IMG/VR virus record: IMGVR_UViG_3300046533_001163
From: a virus
Taxonomy: Duplodnaviria > Heunggongvirae > Uroviricota > Caudoviricetes
DNA length: 64,000 nt
Reading direction: 5' to 3' (one strand)
This document shows positions 43,461 through 54,093 of this stretch, in pieces (position 1 is the stretch's first letter; the number at the start of each line of letters is the position of its first letter). The notes beneath the pieces are model-generated. The model was not told the origin of the DNA. It did not search any database and saw nothing but the letters and a program-made list of their open reading frames with translations. The position numbers were made by a program, and so were the translations under genes.

Positions 43461-43655
43461 TTGGCTTATCCTTTTTGCCTAATTCAAGTGCGCTACTAAG
43501 AACCTTTTGCCTTCTCTTACGATAATCATCGCATCCAAACTCCCACCCCAATGCCTTTGTCATGCGGGTGCATGTCGGGCATGGTCTATAGCCGTATAGA
43601 TGGCCGTCAATTGATAATGCCTCAATCGCAAATTGTAATTCTAGTTTAGGCGTCA

Positions 43656-44546
43656 TCATATGACCTTAGTTTGATGAACGAATGGATCAGTAATGTCACA
43701 GAATGAATTAGTGGTATAAATCTTATCAAAGTAAAGCTTGAGTTCGTCCAGTCCCTTGCTGAAAATGCCATGAGGGATACAGAGAAATACTTTTCCGCAG
43801 TTCCGCGCCTTAAGAAGCTTGCCGATTTCTGTGAACGTGCGACCGCCATCACAGATGTCGTCTACAAGGAATACATCCACTTGCTTAAAATCATCACATG
43901 AAATTGAAGTATGGGTAATCTTACCAGTAGCAACGTCACGATGCTTATTACAACTCACCAGGTCCACACAGACAGATCCAAGCTGTTCGGTTGCAGAATA
44001 CGCTCGCTTCAGCGCACCGCCGTCAGGAGCAATAACTACGACTTTCTTTAAATTATATTGTTCAACAGCATGCATTCCAATAAACTTCATTTTACGAATA
44101 AGAGAACGATTGATTAACGCCGGGGATACATCTGAGTGTTGCTCAAGTAATTCAACTGAATTATATCCTTGTGCATTGATAATAGGAGCAATTATATCTT
44201 TAAAATAACTGGTTCCACCTGAAACAAACTGACGATCAGATCTCGCTCCAAGCAAATATGGGAGATACAAAGAAATATCAGAACCCGCATGATCATTAGG
44301 AGCGAATTCAGTTTCTAAATTCTTAATAGCTGCCGTGGCACAAAGAATTAGCTCTAAATCTCTAAATGATGTAAACCTTGAAGATATCCTCCAAGAACTT
44401 TTTGTAGGGTAAGGAAAACCTTCTTTGCTTCCATGATTTTGAGGGAGGACAACAACGTCCTGCTGCCCATCGGGAAACTTGATAACTTTGTAATCAACAT
44501 TATTATCATTGCTCGTTTGATGAGCAAGATTAATTTCTTTTGGCAT
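43656..44546 (-). CDS. prs: Ribose-phosphate pyrophosphokinase family (PRS; possibly NARP1 Adps)
   Basis: KFPDGQ, LPYLLGARSDR, IAPDGGA.KRA, KHRD..TGKI, LVDDICDGGRTF, HGIFSKG. Confidence 0.9.
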   Translation of the reverse strand: MPKEINLAHQTSNDNNVDYKVIKFPDGQQDVVVLPQNHGSKEGFPYPTKSSWRISSRFTSFRDLELILCATAAIKNLETEFAPNDHAGSDISLYLPYLLGARSDRQFVSGGTSYFKDIIAPIINAQGYNSVELLEQHSDVSPALINRSLIRKMKFIGMHAVEQYNLKKVVVIAPDGGALKRAYSATEQLGSVCVDLVSCNKHRDVATGKITHTSISCDDFKQVDVFLVDDICDGGRTFTEIGKLLKARNCGKVFLCIPHGIFSKGLDELKLYFDKIYTTNSFCDITDPFVHQTKVI

Positions 44547-45387
44547 TATTTATTCCTATTACGGCCTACCAAGGCTGACCCATTTTTTATACAAGTCATC
44601 CATTTGTTTTCTAGTTTGAGACTTACCTTCGCATCCTATTAACTCAAGCGTTTCAAGAATTTTACTAATATGCTTCCACATTAAATGTTTTTGATCACCG
44701 AACATAAATTTTGGCGTAAGATTAGTTCTAATACATTTACTTTTCTTTTTCCCCCTGTACGCATAATCAATGCTAACTCCGTGGTCCGTAATAACGACTG
44801 CGGCTGGGGTTTTGTCTACCAACACATAGCACTCATAATAATAATCATTAACTTCACCGCTGTCTTGGGACCAATAATGAACAACGTCCTTGCCAAATTT
44901 ACTTTTGGCAAAGTATGGATTTTTCGGTTCGTAGTAAGGTCTAATCTTCATTGCCATCCTGCTTCGGGCAAAGCAGCAGTAGTCCTACAAGTATTTGCTA
45001 AACGAAGTAACGCCATTTCCTCACCGTCAGCGTCAATATTATCTCTCATAACACCCATAATATCAGCCAACTCATTTCCAGTTAAAACAATTAGTCCGCC
45101 TGGACCTGGCTTCGTAATAGTAATTATAGAAAAATCATCAGAAAAGTTAACAAGCATATTCTTTCGCTTATGCAAACCATCAAAAATTGGATTGTTCATG
45201 CGTATATCCAATCGCAAGGTGGTGGAGTTCTTCTAGCTACTGGTGCTCCGCATGTTTGGCATCTCTCCGCACGATAATCTTTTGAATCTAGACGACGAGC
45301 GCAATATTTGCAAGCACTACTCTTAAGGAGCGAAGTCTTTTCTGTTTTATCTATTAAATTCGCCATTTGGATTATTCATGTTGGTCC

Positions 45388-45400
45388 TATGGATAACTAA
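45388..45400 (-). promoter_or_regulatory. TTAGTTATCCATA motif copy
   Basis: Exact copy overlapping the upstream stop, 8 nt before ATG at 45379. Confidence 0.75.
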
Positions 45401-45681
45401 CTTTTAGAAATGACATCTATCATTTCTTGAATTTTTCTTAAAGCAATCAGCTTAGTACTTTTAATAATTTCATCTAAAATTTCTTGAGTCAAATCATTTG
45501 GCACATCAACGGTTGCCGATATCCTAATGCCTCTATCATCAAATTCAAATCTAGACACGTTGCCGAAAGTTCCATTAAAGTGAATGGCAATACCACTCCT
45601 ACAAAAGAAACCGTAAAGCTCGTTAAACTCAAATCCGTTTTGAATGAGTAATTCGGCGGTTGATTTTTGAATGTATGGCAT
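45397..45681 (-). CDS. Small paralog family A-like member
   Basis: LLIQNGF...ALRKIQEMIDVISK. Confidence 0.5.
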   Translation of the reverse strand: MPYIQKSTAELLIQNGFEFNELYGFFCRSGIAIHFNGTFGNVSRFEFDDRGIRISATVDVPNDLTQEILDEIIKSTKLIALRKIQEMIDVISKS

Positions 45682-45693
45682 ATGGATAACTAA
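45681..45693 (-). promoter_or_regulatory. TTAGTTATCCATA motif copy whose last A is the A of the next ATG
   Basis: Minus strand TTAGTTATCCATATG; also overlaps the upstream stop. Confidence 0.7.
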
Positions 45694-45980
45694 GCCTTTG
45701 GGAGGACTTTCAATATATCTTCAATTTGATTTAAAGCACCTTTTTTCAATGCGTTGATAATTTCGTTTAGATCGTCTTGCGACAATTCATTCTTCTCAAA
45801 GTGATGATTTACTTTTACAGCTATATCCCCTGATTTAATTTTTAATGTCGCCAGATTTCCTTTACCAGACCAAGGGAATCTAATAAACACATAGCCTTTC
45901 CGGTAGGCTTCATCTGGGTTGATGTTTATTACGTGCTTATAACCGTTTTGCGAGAGCAAATCATGTGTTTCAGGGTTCAC
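45690..45980 (-). CDS. Small paralog family A-like member
   Basis: LLSQNGY...ALNQIEDILKVLPK; tandem paralog of 45397-45681. Confidence 0.5.
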   Translation of the reverse strand: MNPETHDLLSQNGYKHVININPDEAYRKGYVFIRFPWSGKGNLATLKIKSGDIAVKVNHHFEKNELSQDDLNEIINALKKGALNQIEDILKVLPKA

Positions 45981-46315
45981 CAGACGTACTCCCTATAAAT
46001 TAATTCATATGGATTCTGAATAACTTTTCGGCCAAACAATTTCAACATAGCTATTTGATCTTCTGGGTCAACACCTTCTTTTTCTACAATATCCTTAATT
46101 TCTTGCCGCTTTGTACTTGGAATGCGTGTAGAGAAAAATGCCCACAAAGTTTTTGAGAAATAAGCTTTGTGGAAATCTGAAAACTCGGGACCGATTGCGG
46201 TAAGGCCAAGTTTATAAAAACCTTGATCGTAATCAAAAAACCAAGCGCCATCAAAAGGAGTAAGCCATCCTACAATATGCTCGTTGTATTTAAGAGTAAA
46301 TTCATAACGCTGCAT
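45977..46315 (-). CDS. HipA N-terminal (HipS-like) stand-alone domain
   Basis: VG.L......W.F.YD, FS..LWAFF..RIP...R. Confidence 0.65.
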   Translation of the reverse strand: MQRYEFTLKYNEHIVGWLTPFDGAWFFDYDQGFYKLGLTAIGPEFSDFHKAYFSKTLWAFFSTRIPSTKRQEIKDIVEKEGVDPEDQIAMLKLFGRKVIQNPYELIYREYVW

Positions 46316-46960
46316 GATTATTCACCGTTCAACTTACGAAGTGCTTTATTAATTAATTCTGCTCCATCAGCATTCGGTCCAGCATGTCTAGCAGCTTCCA
46401 TTAACCTATCTACTTCACTCATTTTAGCGCGTTGTGCAGTCACCCATTCTTTTGTTATCGGAACTAAGCGACCCGTTCTGCCGGGTTCATACTCGTCAGT
46501 TTGACGATATCCCATATCCTTTAGTCCTTGATAATATTCATTAATCTTCTGGATGTAAGCATGGCCAGCATCTGGGAATTTACGTAACGTGGCATTCCAT
46601 CTTGCGTTGTCTAATATCCTCTTATACTTCTTGCGCCACTTACGGGCATCTTCAATGGTTCCCATATATCACCAGTTGTTTTCTTTAGCAACGATAGCGT
46701 ACATTTTATCCATTTCAATCATTAATAATGCTGCTTTAGCGTTAGCGGCGATATTCGGATATTGCTCTAAATCATCCATAAAAAAAGCACCCCAAAACCA
46801 TCCATATGCAATAAAGATGAAAGGGTCTTTTTTTGTCGGAGATGATGAATAAAAATAATCTTCGCATAGCCTTCGCATAATGGATTCTGATTTTCTATTA
46901 CGCCATCCTAAAGACTTAGCGTAAGAAACAAGGAATGCTTTAATCCATTGATCCATGATT

Positions 46961-47449
46961 TTATCTCAGTAGGAAGTTGCTGACACGGACAAATAACTCA
47001 TCAAAGCTATTCGCAACCGTCACATCTGGTCGCTCTAATCTCATCTGATGGAATACATCAAATTTTCTTTTATAATCAGGATGACAACCTACAAATAAAT
47101 AACGGCTTCTGTCAGTACAGCATTTCCCTAACTCAAATAAGGTAATCGGACATAATGTTTCGCCGCAGAACCAAAATAATCTAGCAAAAGAAGTACCGAT
47201 TCTCTCATACTCCCATTCAATCTGTTTACGCGAAATCTCTGGATCGTGAATATTCCAATCCGGCCTGCGCGGGTTAATTAAAGATAATTTAAAGTGAGGA
47301 TTACTCTTATGTTTTTCATCACATGAAGGACTAAGCTTTGAAATGAATTCGCTTTGCCAATCACCACATCCAGTAATTCCGCCACCTAAGAAAAGGCAAC
47401 GATGATTCAAGTATTCTTGATCGTTATCGGGTGATGTAAAGACTTTCAT
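46961..47449 (-). CDS. Nucleoside 2-deoxyribosyltransferase-like protein
   Basis: LFLGGGI.G..DWQ, INPRR.DW, QIEWE, LFWF...T.CPITLFELG. Confidence 0.82.
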   Translation of the reverse strand: MKVFTSPDNDQEYLNHRCLFLGGGITGCGDWQSEFISKLSPSCDEKHKSNPHFKLSLINPRRPDWNIHDPEISRKQIEWEYERIGTSFARLFWFCGETLCPITLFELGKCCTDRSRYLFVGCHPDYKRKFDVFHQMRLERPDVTVANSFDELFVRVSNFLLR

Positions 47450-47457
47450 TGCTCACC

Positions 47458-48009
47458 TTATGCTATCAGGGCCTCTTCACATTCGCGGCGGTCATACTCT
47501 ATACGCTCATATGTCCAGCTACCAAACATCTCTATAATTTCTTCTCTTCTATTCTTAAACGCAACAAATAAAGAATCGGCCTTATACCAATACTTTAGAG
47601 CATAATTTGATGTTTCTTTAACATATCGAAAATCATAGGTGTTCCGAATACGATCCGCCATTTTAATAACAATCGCCCGGACAGACTTGGTTGCAAAACT
47701 AGCGATATATTCTGCTTTTTGTTGTGGAACCGACTTATCACTGCTCAAATCTGGAATGAATGTAATTTCATTTAAAACTAACATTCCAGTATCCCCTAAT
47801 ATGGTCTTTAATCTAGCCGTATAAATCCCAGGCTTGCTTTCTTCAACGTCATGTAGAGGCGATACGCTCAACGTAATTGTATCTGTAACTCCCCACCGGC
47901 GAAGCAAAGCTGCGACTTCATAACAATGACTGACATAAGGAATTTCGCTTCCTGAGCGAAATTCTCCTTCGTGTGCTTCAAAAGCAAGTTTAAATTCTTC
48001 TTGTAGCAT
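47458..48009 (-). CDS. HD-domain small alarmone hydrolase-like protein (Mesh1/RelA-SpoT HD)
   Basis: AF.AH.G..R.G..IPY..H..EVA, LHDVEE, IKMADR..N. Confidence 0.78.
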   Translation of the reverse strand: MLQEEFKLAFEAHEGEFRSGSEIPYVSHCYEVAALLRRWGVTDTITLSVSPLHDVEESKPGIYTARLKTILGDTGMLVLNEITFIPDLSSDKSVPQQKAEYIASFATKSVRAIVIKMADRIRNTYDFRYVKETSNYALKYWYKADSLFVAFKNRREEIIEMFGSWTYERIEYDRRECEEALIA

Positions 48010-48362
48010 TATTGTCCTATCCACACCGCACAACCAGCATAAATATCATCATCTGTTCCAAAAATCTTATCAGGACCAGCCGATATGACTTCGCAATGTC
48101 TTAGAGCAGAACCATCAAGTTTAATTTTGAAAAAAGTACCCCAAGGATCATGCTGTTTTAAATCCATAAGAACGCTTTCATTCTTGCCATTAAATGAAAG
48201 AGCGATATACTGAGTTAATTCCTTAGTAGCCTCAATCTGCACCTGTTCCCGTCTTTGCAACTGGATACTAAGACAAACATAAACGCCGGAAAGACCTGCT
48301 GTAATAAAAAATGCTGCACCTAAAAGGACACATAACATTTCATGTTTACCGAGATTCATCAT
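48009..48362 (-). CDS. Membrane-anchored protein with a GspG (T2SS pseudopilin)-like C-terminal motif
   Basis: N-terminal TM helix; DPWG...ISAGPDKIFGTDDDI. Confidence 0.6.
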   Translation of the reverse strand: MMNLGKHEMLCVLLGAAFFITAGLSGVYVCLSIQLQRREQVQIEATKELTQYIALSFNGKNESVLMDLKQHDPWGTFFKIKLDGSALRHCEVISAGPDKIFGTDDDIYAGCAVWIGQ

Positions 48363-48370
48363 TTTACTCC

Positions 48371-48383
48371 TATGGATAACTAT
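48371..48383 (-). promoter_or_regulatory. ATAGTTATCCATA motif copy
   Basis: Abuts SD AGGAG, 8 nt before ATG at 48362. Confidence 0.75.
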
Positions 48384-49279
48384 ACTTTGTTCTCAAGCAC
48401 CATTTTTTTAATTTTAAACCAAAGGCGTCTTGGCCACGACCATTCATACTGAAACATATCATGACATTGATAATGAGATTTTTCACCGTTTGCGAATGTA
48501 AATACAAACATTGTATCTTTATATCTGATCGTCTTACCACAATACTGGCAAACTGCTGCATTATGGTTAGTAACAATAAACTTGACTTTGCCTACTCGCA
48601 TGGTAATCGCTTATAATGTTGATCTATATTTTTCTAAAAAAGCCTTACCGAAACATGTCAATCTGTAGGTCTGCACATAGTTAGCAAACTCGCCAACATT
48701 CGAATAAATTTTATCCGGAACAACAAGCGGATCAGGATCTGCTGTAGCCCGCAGATTGGCCTTCGGTCGTAACCCGATGACCCGATGCCTCTTGCCACCA
48801 CATGTTATGGTCTTTGGACATTTATCATCAGAACGACGAATATAAAAAAGAACGGCTGGACCCTTTTCAAACTGCTCAAGCGCTTCAATGAGTTTTGGCT
48901 TTTTTATCGTTTTCATTTTTGACAAACTCTTCGTTTTTTGCATGTTGTTTTTTAAAAAACTCTTCGTGCTGCTTAATGAAATCTGGATTCGGCAGAAGTT
49001 TCTGAATATCTGTCCATTCTGGAGGAACTCCTTTATCTCGCATATAGACCATAGTCCCCCAAGCAGCAGCGTGAATTCTAAGCCAAGTTTCTTCAGAATG
49101 CTGGTTCCGGATTGACTCTTTTCTGTTATCTGAAATTCCTAGTTGTCTTGCAGCTTCATGGCAAAGAATGGTCCACGCTGGATTCTCTAACCTACGAACG
49201 AGAAATAAACAAATTCCCGGCTTTTCATCCATTAATTTTAAGAAAGCTTCTCGTTCGGTATAGTGATTAGGGATGGTCA

Positions 49280-50608
49280 TTATACCGAACCACCATTCTT
49301 TTGTCCAGCCAGTTTTTCTTGAAAATCTCTCTTGAGTTGCTTAAATTTTTCTGGATTGGTTTCGCCGGAATCTCGCAATTGTTCAGCTAACTTACGGATT
49401 GTTATGGCGTCTTGTTTGTTTTTGTAATGGCCAAGATTAATATTGGTATAATATACTTGAATTCTAGAACGCCATAAACCATTCTTATACTCAGATACTC
49501 CGCTAAATCCAGAATTATTATTATAAGGTATATCTTGATCCTTTTTAAGATTTAAATTAAGACATCCCCAATTCTTGCCATTATAAATATCTCCAATTGT
49601 TGTAGGCGAAACATTATATTCAGACGCTATTTCTGCAATCGGCCTTTTGTTAGTCAAATGTTTGGCAATTTCAAGAACTTGGCTCTCGTTCAACAATGAT
49701 AATGGATGGGTTTCTCCAAACATTTTAATAGGATGAATATAATGACTAATATCTACTTTGTATAATACATCTTGCGTTGGTATAAACTCACGAATCATGT
49801 CTAAAAAATAAAGATAAGAAGAAGAGCCAATGCGAATAGCAGGACATTCTTTTGTTTTAAATGCACCTTTTTTATGATAAACATTACAATTTGTAATACC
49901 CATCTTTTTTAATTTATTGACAAGTATTTCAACTTCCGTAAAACTAAAACCATCTGTATGAAGTTTGGCATATCGTTGCTCTGAATTGTTTTCGCCATCA
50001 TCACAAAACCATACGGCAACAATTCTAGGATTAAGCACTAAATTGTCGGGAACTATTTTAATTCTTCTCCCAATAGCGTTAAAAACATAGGAGTCATGGC
50101 CATCTCTTTGGTACCATGCTCGTTCTATGGCTGAAAATAATGGATGATTTATTGTATGTATCGTACACGTTCCATTATCATAAATTGCTCTGCCATTTAT
50201 GAAATGTGGCTTTGCAGCTAAACTTACCATCGTAAATTTTGATGAAAATGGCATTAAAGCATCAAATTTCCACTTTAAATAGTGTTGTTGTAGTAATCCA
50301 TGCCTTTCGCAAAAATGAGAATTACAGCTTGTATGCTGTAACTTAGCACATGTTCCGTCTCCTAACATAGAGCCAGTAAGAATATCTGCTTGCAATTCTG
50401 AAAACTTATTAGGAATATCAACATTCTTCCATCTGGCACACTTAAGCGGTAATATTACACTATTTTCACTATCTCTAATTTTGTTAATTCTACCTAGTAG
50501 GTTAGCAAAAGTAATGCCAAAATAATCGGCAGATTGCTGCCTTGTATGATTTAAGTAATAACTTGCAAATATTTCGTCACTGATTTCGGCAGATAATGAT
50601 TTATCCAT
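49280..50608 (-). mobile_element. Free-standing LAGLIDADG homing endonuclease with HTH-like and C-terminal AP2-like domains
   Basis: ILTGSMLGDG and VAVWFCDDG; NNNSGFSGVS...WRSRI...LGHY...AI..R..AE; AT-rich. Confidence 0.8.
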
Positions 50609-50622
50609 ATAAAATACACATT

Positions 50623-51087
50623 CTAATTACTCTGTCCATCAATAATTTCTTTAATCCTTGGACCGACAAATCCAGGCGGTTTAATCAATTTCCCGTCGCT
50701 ACGACGAGAACTGCCTTCGCTGAATTTCGATAAATTATTAGAATCCACTTCGTCAACAATACTCTGATCAGCCAACCCAAAGCTAGATAACATACCTGTA
50801 TTCACAACCCCGATGTCTGCAAAACCATCGGCCACTTGCTCTATGTCTGGCTCTGATGCAATCTCAAACCCGAGGTTTTCAATACGCAATTCTACTTTAT
50901 TACCTCTGTCAAATACGACTACACCAAGACCGCGCCGGACAGTTTCGAGCAATTCTTCAAGTAATAAATTTGCCCTTAATAAAACTGTTTCAGAATTTGG
51001 TATACTAGGACTGAGTGGCACATCCTGTCCAGCTAAAGCCATAAACTTTTCTACTTGAACTTGATGATATGATTTAACTCTGCTCAT
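50623..51087 (-). CDS. MazG-like / PRA-PH NTP pyrophosphohydrolase
   Basis: LR..LL.EEL.E, ADGFADI, EVD.NN.SK, R.DGKLIKP. Confidence 0.82.
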   Translation of the reverse strand: MSRVKSYHQVQVEKFMALAGQDVPLSPSIPNSETVLLRANLLLEELLETVRRGLGVVVFDRGNKVELRIENLGFEIASEPDIEQVADGFADIGVVNTGMLSSFGLADQSIVDEVDSNNLSKFSEGSSRRSDGKLIKPPGFVGPRIKEIIDGQSN

Positions 51088-51131
51088 TAAAATAATCTCC
51101 TTAAACTATAATAGTATATCGGATAAAATAC

Positions 51132-51569
51132 ATGACATCTTTAAACAATATTTCAAATTTAGAATTTATACCAAAAGGATGGGGCAGTGAACAAATAGTC
51201 ACTAACACAAATCTCTATTGTCAAAAAATATTAACTATTAATCAAGACAAAAAAATATCAACCCACTTCCATCGATTGAAAACGGAGCATTTTTTATTGG
51301 TGTCCGATAGCGAAGTAGAGCTAATAATATATGAAAACGAAGATATCGATAAGTATCTTTTAAACTGGGAAACTCTCTATAACGGCCTGCCAAATCTTCC
51401 AAGTCAATATGAAAAACCAAAAATTATTACAATGAAACAATGGGATAGTATCCTGATACCTATCGGACTAAGACATACGGCAAAATCATTAATTAATAAT
51501 GCGGTAATTATCGAATGCTCTACATTCCACCAGGACTCAGACTCATATCGGATTTTAAAAGGAGATTAG
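51132..51569 (+). CDS. Cupin (sugar isomerase-like)
   Basis: PKGWG.E, STHFH..K.EHF, IP.GLRH, IIECST.H..SDSYR; plus strand. Confidence 0.78.
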   Translation: MTSLNNISNLEFIPKGWGSEQIVTNTNLYCQKILTINQDKKISTHFHRLKTEHFLLVSDSEVELIIYENEDIDKYLLNWETLYNGLPNLPSQYEKPKIITMKQWDSILIPIGLRHTAKSLINNAVIIECSTFHQDSDSYRILKGD

Positions 51570-51871
51570 CTCAATTTAATATGGCCTACACCAGTAATTA
51601 TTTTGCCAAATTTTTGGCAATACCCATTCTTAAGACTTTCATCTGGCTCAAAAATCGCTATTACGTGACTTTTACTAATCTTTAACTCAGTTGGATCTTC
51701 GCCAGCAAGCAAGCAAACCGGAACAAAGCTGATTCCCATACCCCCGGGCGCTTCGGCGATCAACGGCCTAATAGGGTTCTTTAAAACCCATGCATTAGAA
51801 TCCAACAAATCTTCTTCGACATCTGCAAGCCATTCATTACCACTTACTAAATGCAGTATCTTCACGCTCAT
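51566..51871 (-). CDS. Phage Sm-like fold protein (tentative)
   Basis: VKIL.LVSG.E.LA....LKNP...F.P...I.K..VI...P...L..Y...F pattern seen in T4-like phage hypotheticals. Confidence 0.45.
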   Translation of the reverse strand: MSVKILHLVSGNEWLADVEEDLLDSNAWVLKNPIRPLIAEAPGGMGISFVPVCLLAGEDPTELKISKSHVIAIFEPDESLKNGYCQKFGKIITGVGHIKLS

Positions 51872-52677
51872 ATTATATCTCCTTTTTGTTTAATTTTACA
51901 GAACTTCTACTTTAACCCCGATTGCTTCTAGCGCCCCCATCAGACGAACCATTATGTCTTTATAATAGTTCCTTCCGGTACCATGTTCATAGTCAATCTC
52001 AAAAATAACTTTAAATTTATAATCTTCTTGAGCAATTTCAATGTTGATCCAATGAAAATAGTCGCCAACACAGAACGATTCGGCCTTTTCTTGTCGGACT
52101 CCACCAGGATAGCAAACAGACGTTTCTTCAATCGTTCTGTAAAGATCAGTATGCTCAAGCGCAATCTTCATCGCAGCTTGATATGTGTCATCATCGCTAC
52201 ATTTGACAATGTACTCACATTGCTTCATGATCTTTTCCTTAAATTACCTTGTTGCCCGTTTGTGGCGGTATCATCACCTGAATTTCTCTATCCAGCTTAT
52301 CAAATTCATCCATTAATTTATCTTGCTGTATGGCAATATGCCTTAACTCTAAAGACTCGTAATCACCCAAAGGGGGCAAGCGCAATCCCCTTCTTCGTAA
52401 TCGCCACGCTATTTCTGCCGTAATCATTTTTAGCTTCCTTCTACTTCTTTCCTTGCGTTTTCGTACCCCGTTCTCCATAATACATGCTGCATATTTGTTA
52501 ACGGAGCGTTCTGAATATTGTTATACGGATGAAATTTATAAGGATTATCTTTTAATTCCAACTCATTCCAATACGCTTCAACACCATCTAACGTTTGTTG
52601 CTCAACCCATAAATCGTACATTTTCACGGTAGTAAAAACTTGTCCATTCATTTCATTATTAACATGAGGCAACATAA

Positions 52678-53217
52678 TTACACCATAGGTATCAAATATG
52701 CGGCAGGAACAGCATCCGTAAGCCAAACATTGTTAGTAGATAAATAAAACTTAAAACCATCATCAAACATTCGCTCTGCTTGTACTTCAAAGATAAATAC
52801 AGCGCCGCCGTGTCTTTTGCCTACAGCAGTAGCGGTTTCGATAGTTTCAGATAAATGAACATATTGTCTTGATTGCTTTAATAATCCAAGTCTAAAAATA
52901 GAGCCAACAGATAGATCACTTGTGCCATGATACAAAACTTCCGGCGGCTGAATAGCAGTTAACTGTAAATCAACAGGCAAAGAATGGCCTTGCCGCGCCC
53001 TAATTTTTGTTCTACTTGCATTTAATTCATAGCGATTTTTAGTATCCTTCTCAACGATATGCATCAATAAACTTTGAGATATGCTAGTTTTTTTAACTAA
53101 CTCTTCGACAAACGCCCATCCATTTTCATCTAGTGTAAGGCCAACTTTACCTGGATTATGCCTAAGAATAAGGCACAGGTATTTCCCTAAGCTAGTAGAT
53201 GATAGTCCTGCTGCCAT
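52678..53217 (-). CDS. kptA: RNA 2'-phosphotransferase (Tpt1/KptA)
   Basis: LILRH.P, D.NGW, RYEL, IRARQGHS, LYHGT, RQYVHLS, VG.RHG, N.VWLT..VP. Confidence 0.93.
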   Translation of the reverse strand: MAAGLSSTSLGKYLCLILRHNPGKVGLTLDENGWAFVEELVKKTSISQSLLMHIVEKDTKNRYELNASRTKIRARQGHSLPVDLQLTAIQPPEVLYHGTSDLSVGSIFRLGLLKQSRQYVHLSETIETATAVGKRHGGAVFIFEVQAERMFDDGFKFYLSTNNVWLTDAVPAAYLIPMV

Positions 53218-53724
53218 TTAACTTCCTTTAAATATGATTCAGAAGAAATCCCGGAACAGCCCCGCGAGTAAGCATAATCTTAGATTCTCCATCCACATCA
53301 TACTCATTAGCGCAACAATTGCCCAGTTCAGGATAATCGTTGACAATTTTCCATATTTTAGTTCCTAAATCGCTCTGCGGAAGCGAAAGATTAATCTTGC
53401 AAAGCCTACTGGAAAAATATCCATTACAAACAAAGATATATGGAACAATATAATCGCCATCATCATCACTGATAGTTATCGCAGCAAAACGATTGGGTTT
53501 ATCGTGGCATATCACTTCTTGAACATAATGCAAATATTTTAAAGAACCATAAATCAATAATTCATTAACATCGCCATATTCCTCCAAGAACTCAATTTCA
53601 CTATACTGCGAGTATAGCGGAACTTCGTCAAAGTAATTACGGATGAAGCGTGTAATCGGCCAATCTAAACCATTGGCGGCTATAACGTCTGTAAATTTAT
53701 TGCGGCATTCGGGAATCATCATAA

Positions 53725-54093
53725 TTAACTTCCTTTATATAAAGTGGCCATGAACTCTTCAAGGCTCATATCACTTTTTGTGTTATTACACTTTTTACAA
53801 GCCAGCACAATGTTCTTAACGGCATTAGTCCCGCCCTTGCTTAACGGAACAACATGATCTTTTGTAAGTTGATTAATCCCAAATTTTTTCAGGCAGTAAT
53901 AGCATAACCCATTTTGATTTTTATAAACTCGTCTCTTGAACCGATCTGCCTTATGTTTTTGTGCTCTACGCTTTTCTTGATTTTTCTTTTTCTTATCCGC
54001 GATCTTCTCAAATAAAGCAGCTATATCATCCATTTCCATTACTGGATGATATTCCGAATCATATACTCCTGTATAGATCGGTTCAGGAAGCAT
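53725..54093 (-). CDS. HNH endonuclease
   Basis: CYYC, TKDHVVPLSKGG.N...NIVLACKKCN..K. Confidence 0.88.
   Translation of the reverse strand: MLPEPIYTGVYDSEYHPVMEMDDIAALFEKIADKKKKNQEKRRAQKHKADRFKRRVYKNQNGLCYYCLKKFGINQLTKDHVVPLSKGGTNAVKNIVLACKKCNNTKSDMSLEEFMATLYKGS

Noticed and set aside
49280-50608. Group I intron hosting the LAGLIDADG ORF
   Set aside because: The flanking ORFs look complete, spacers are only a few nt, and there is no room for intron core structure.
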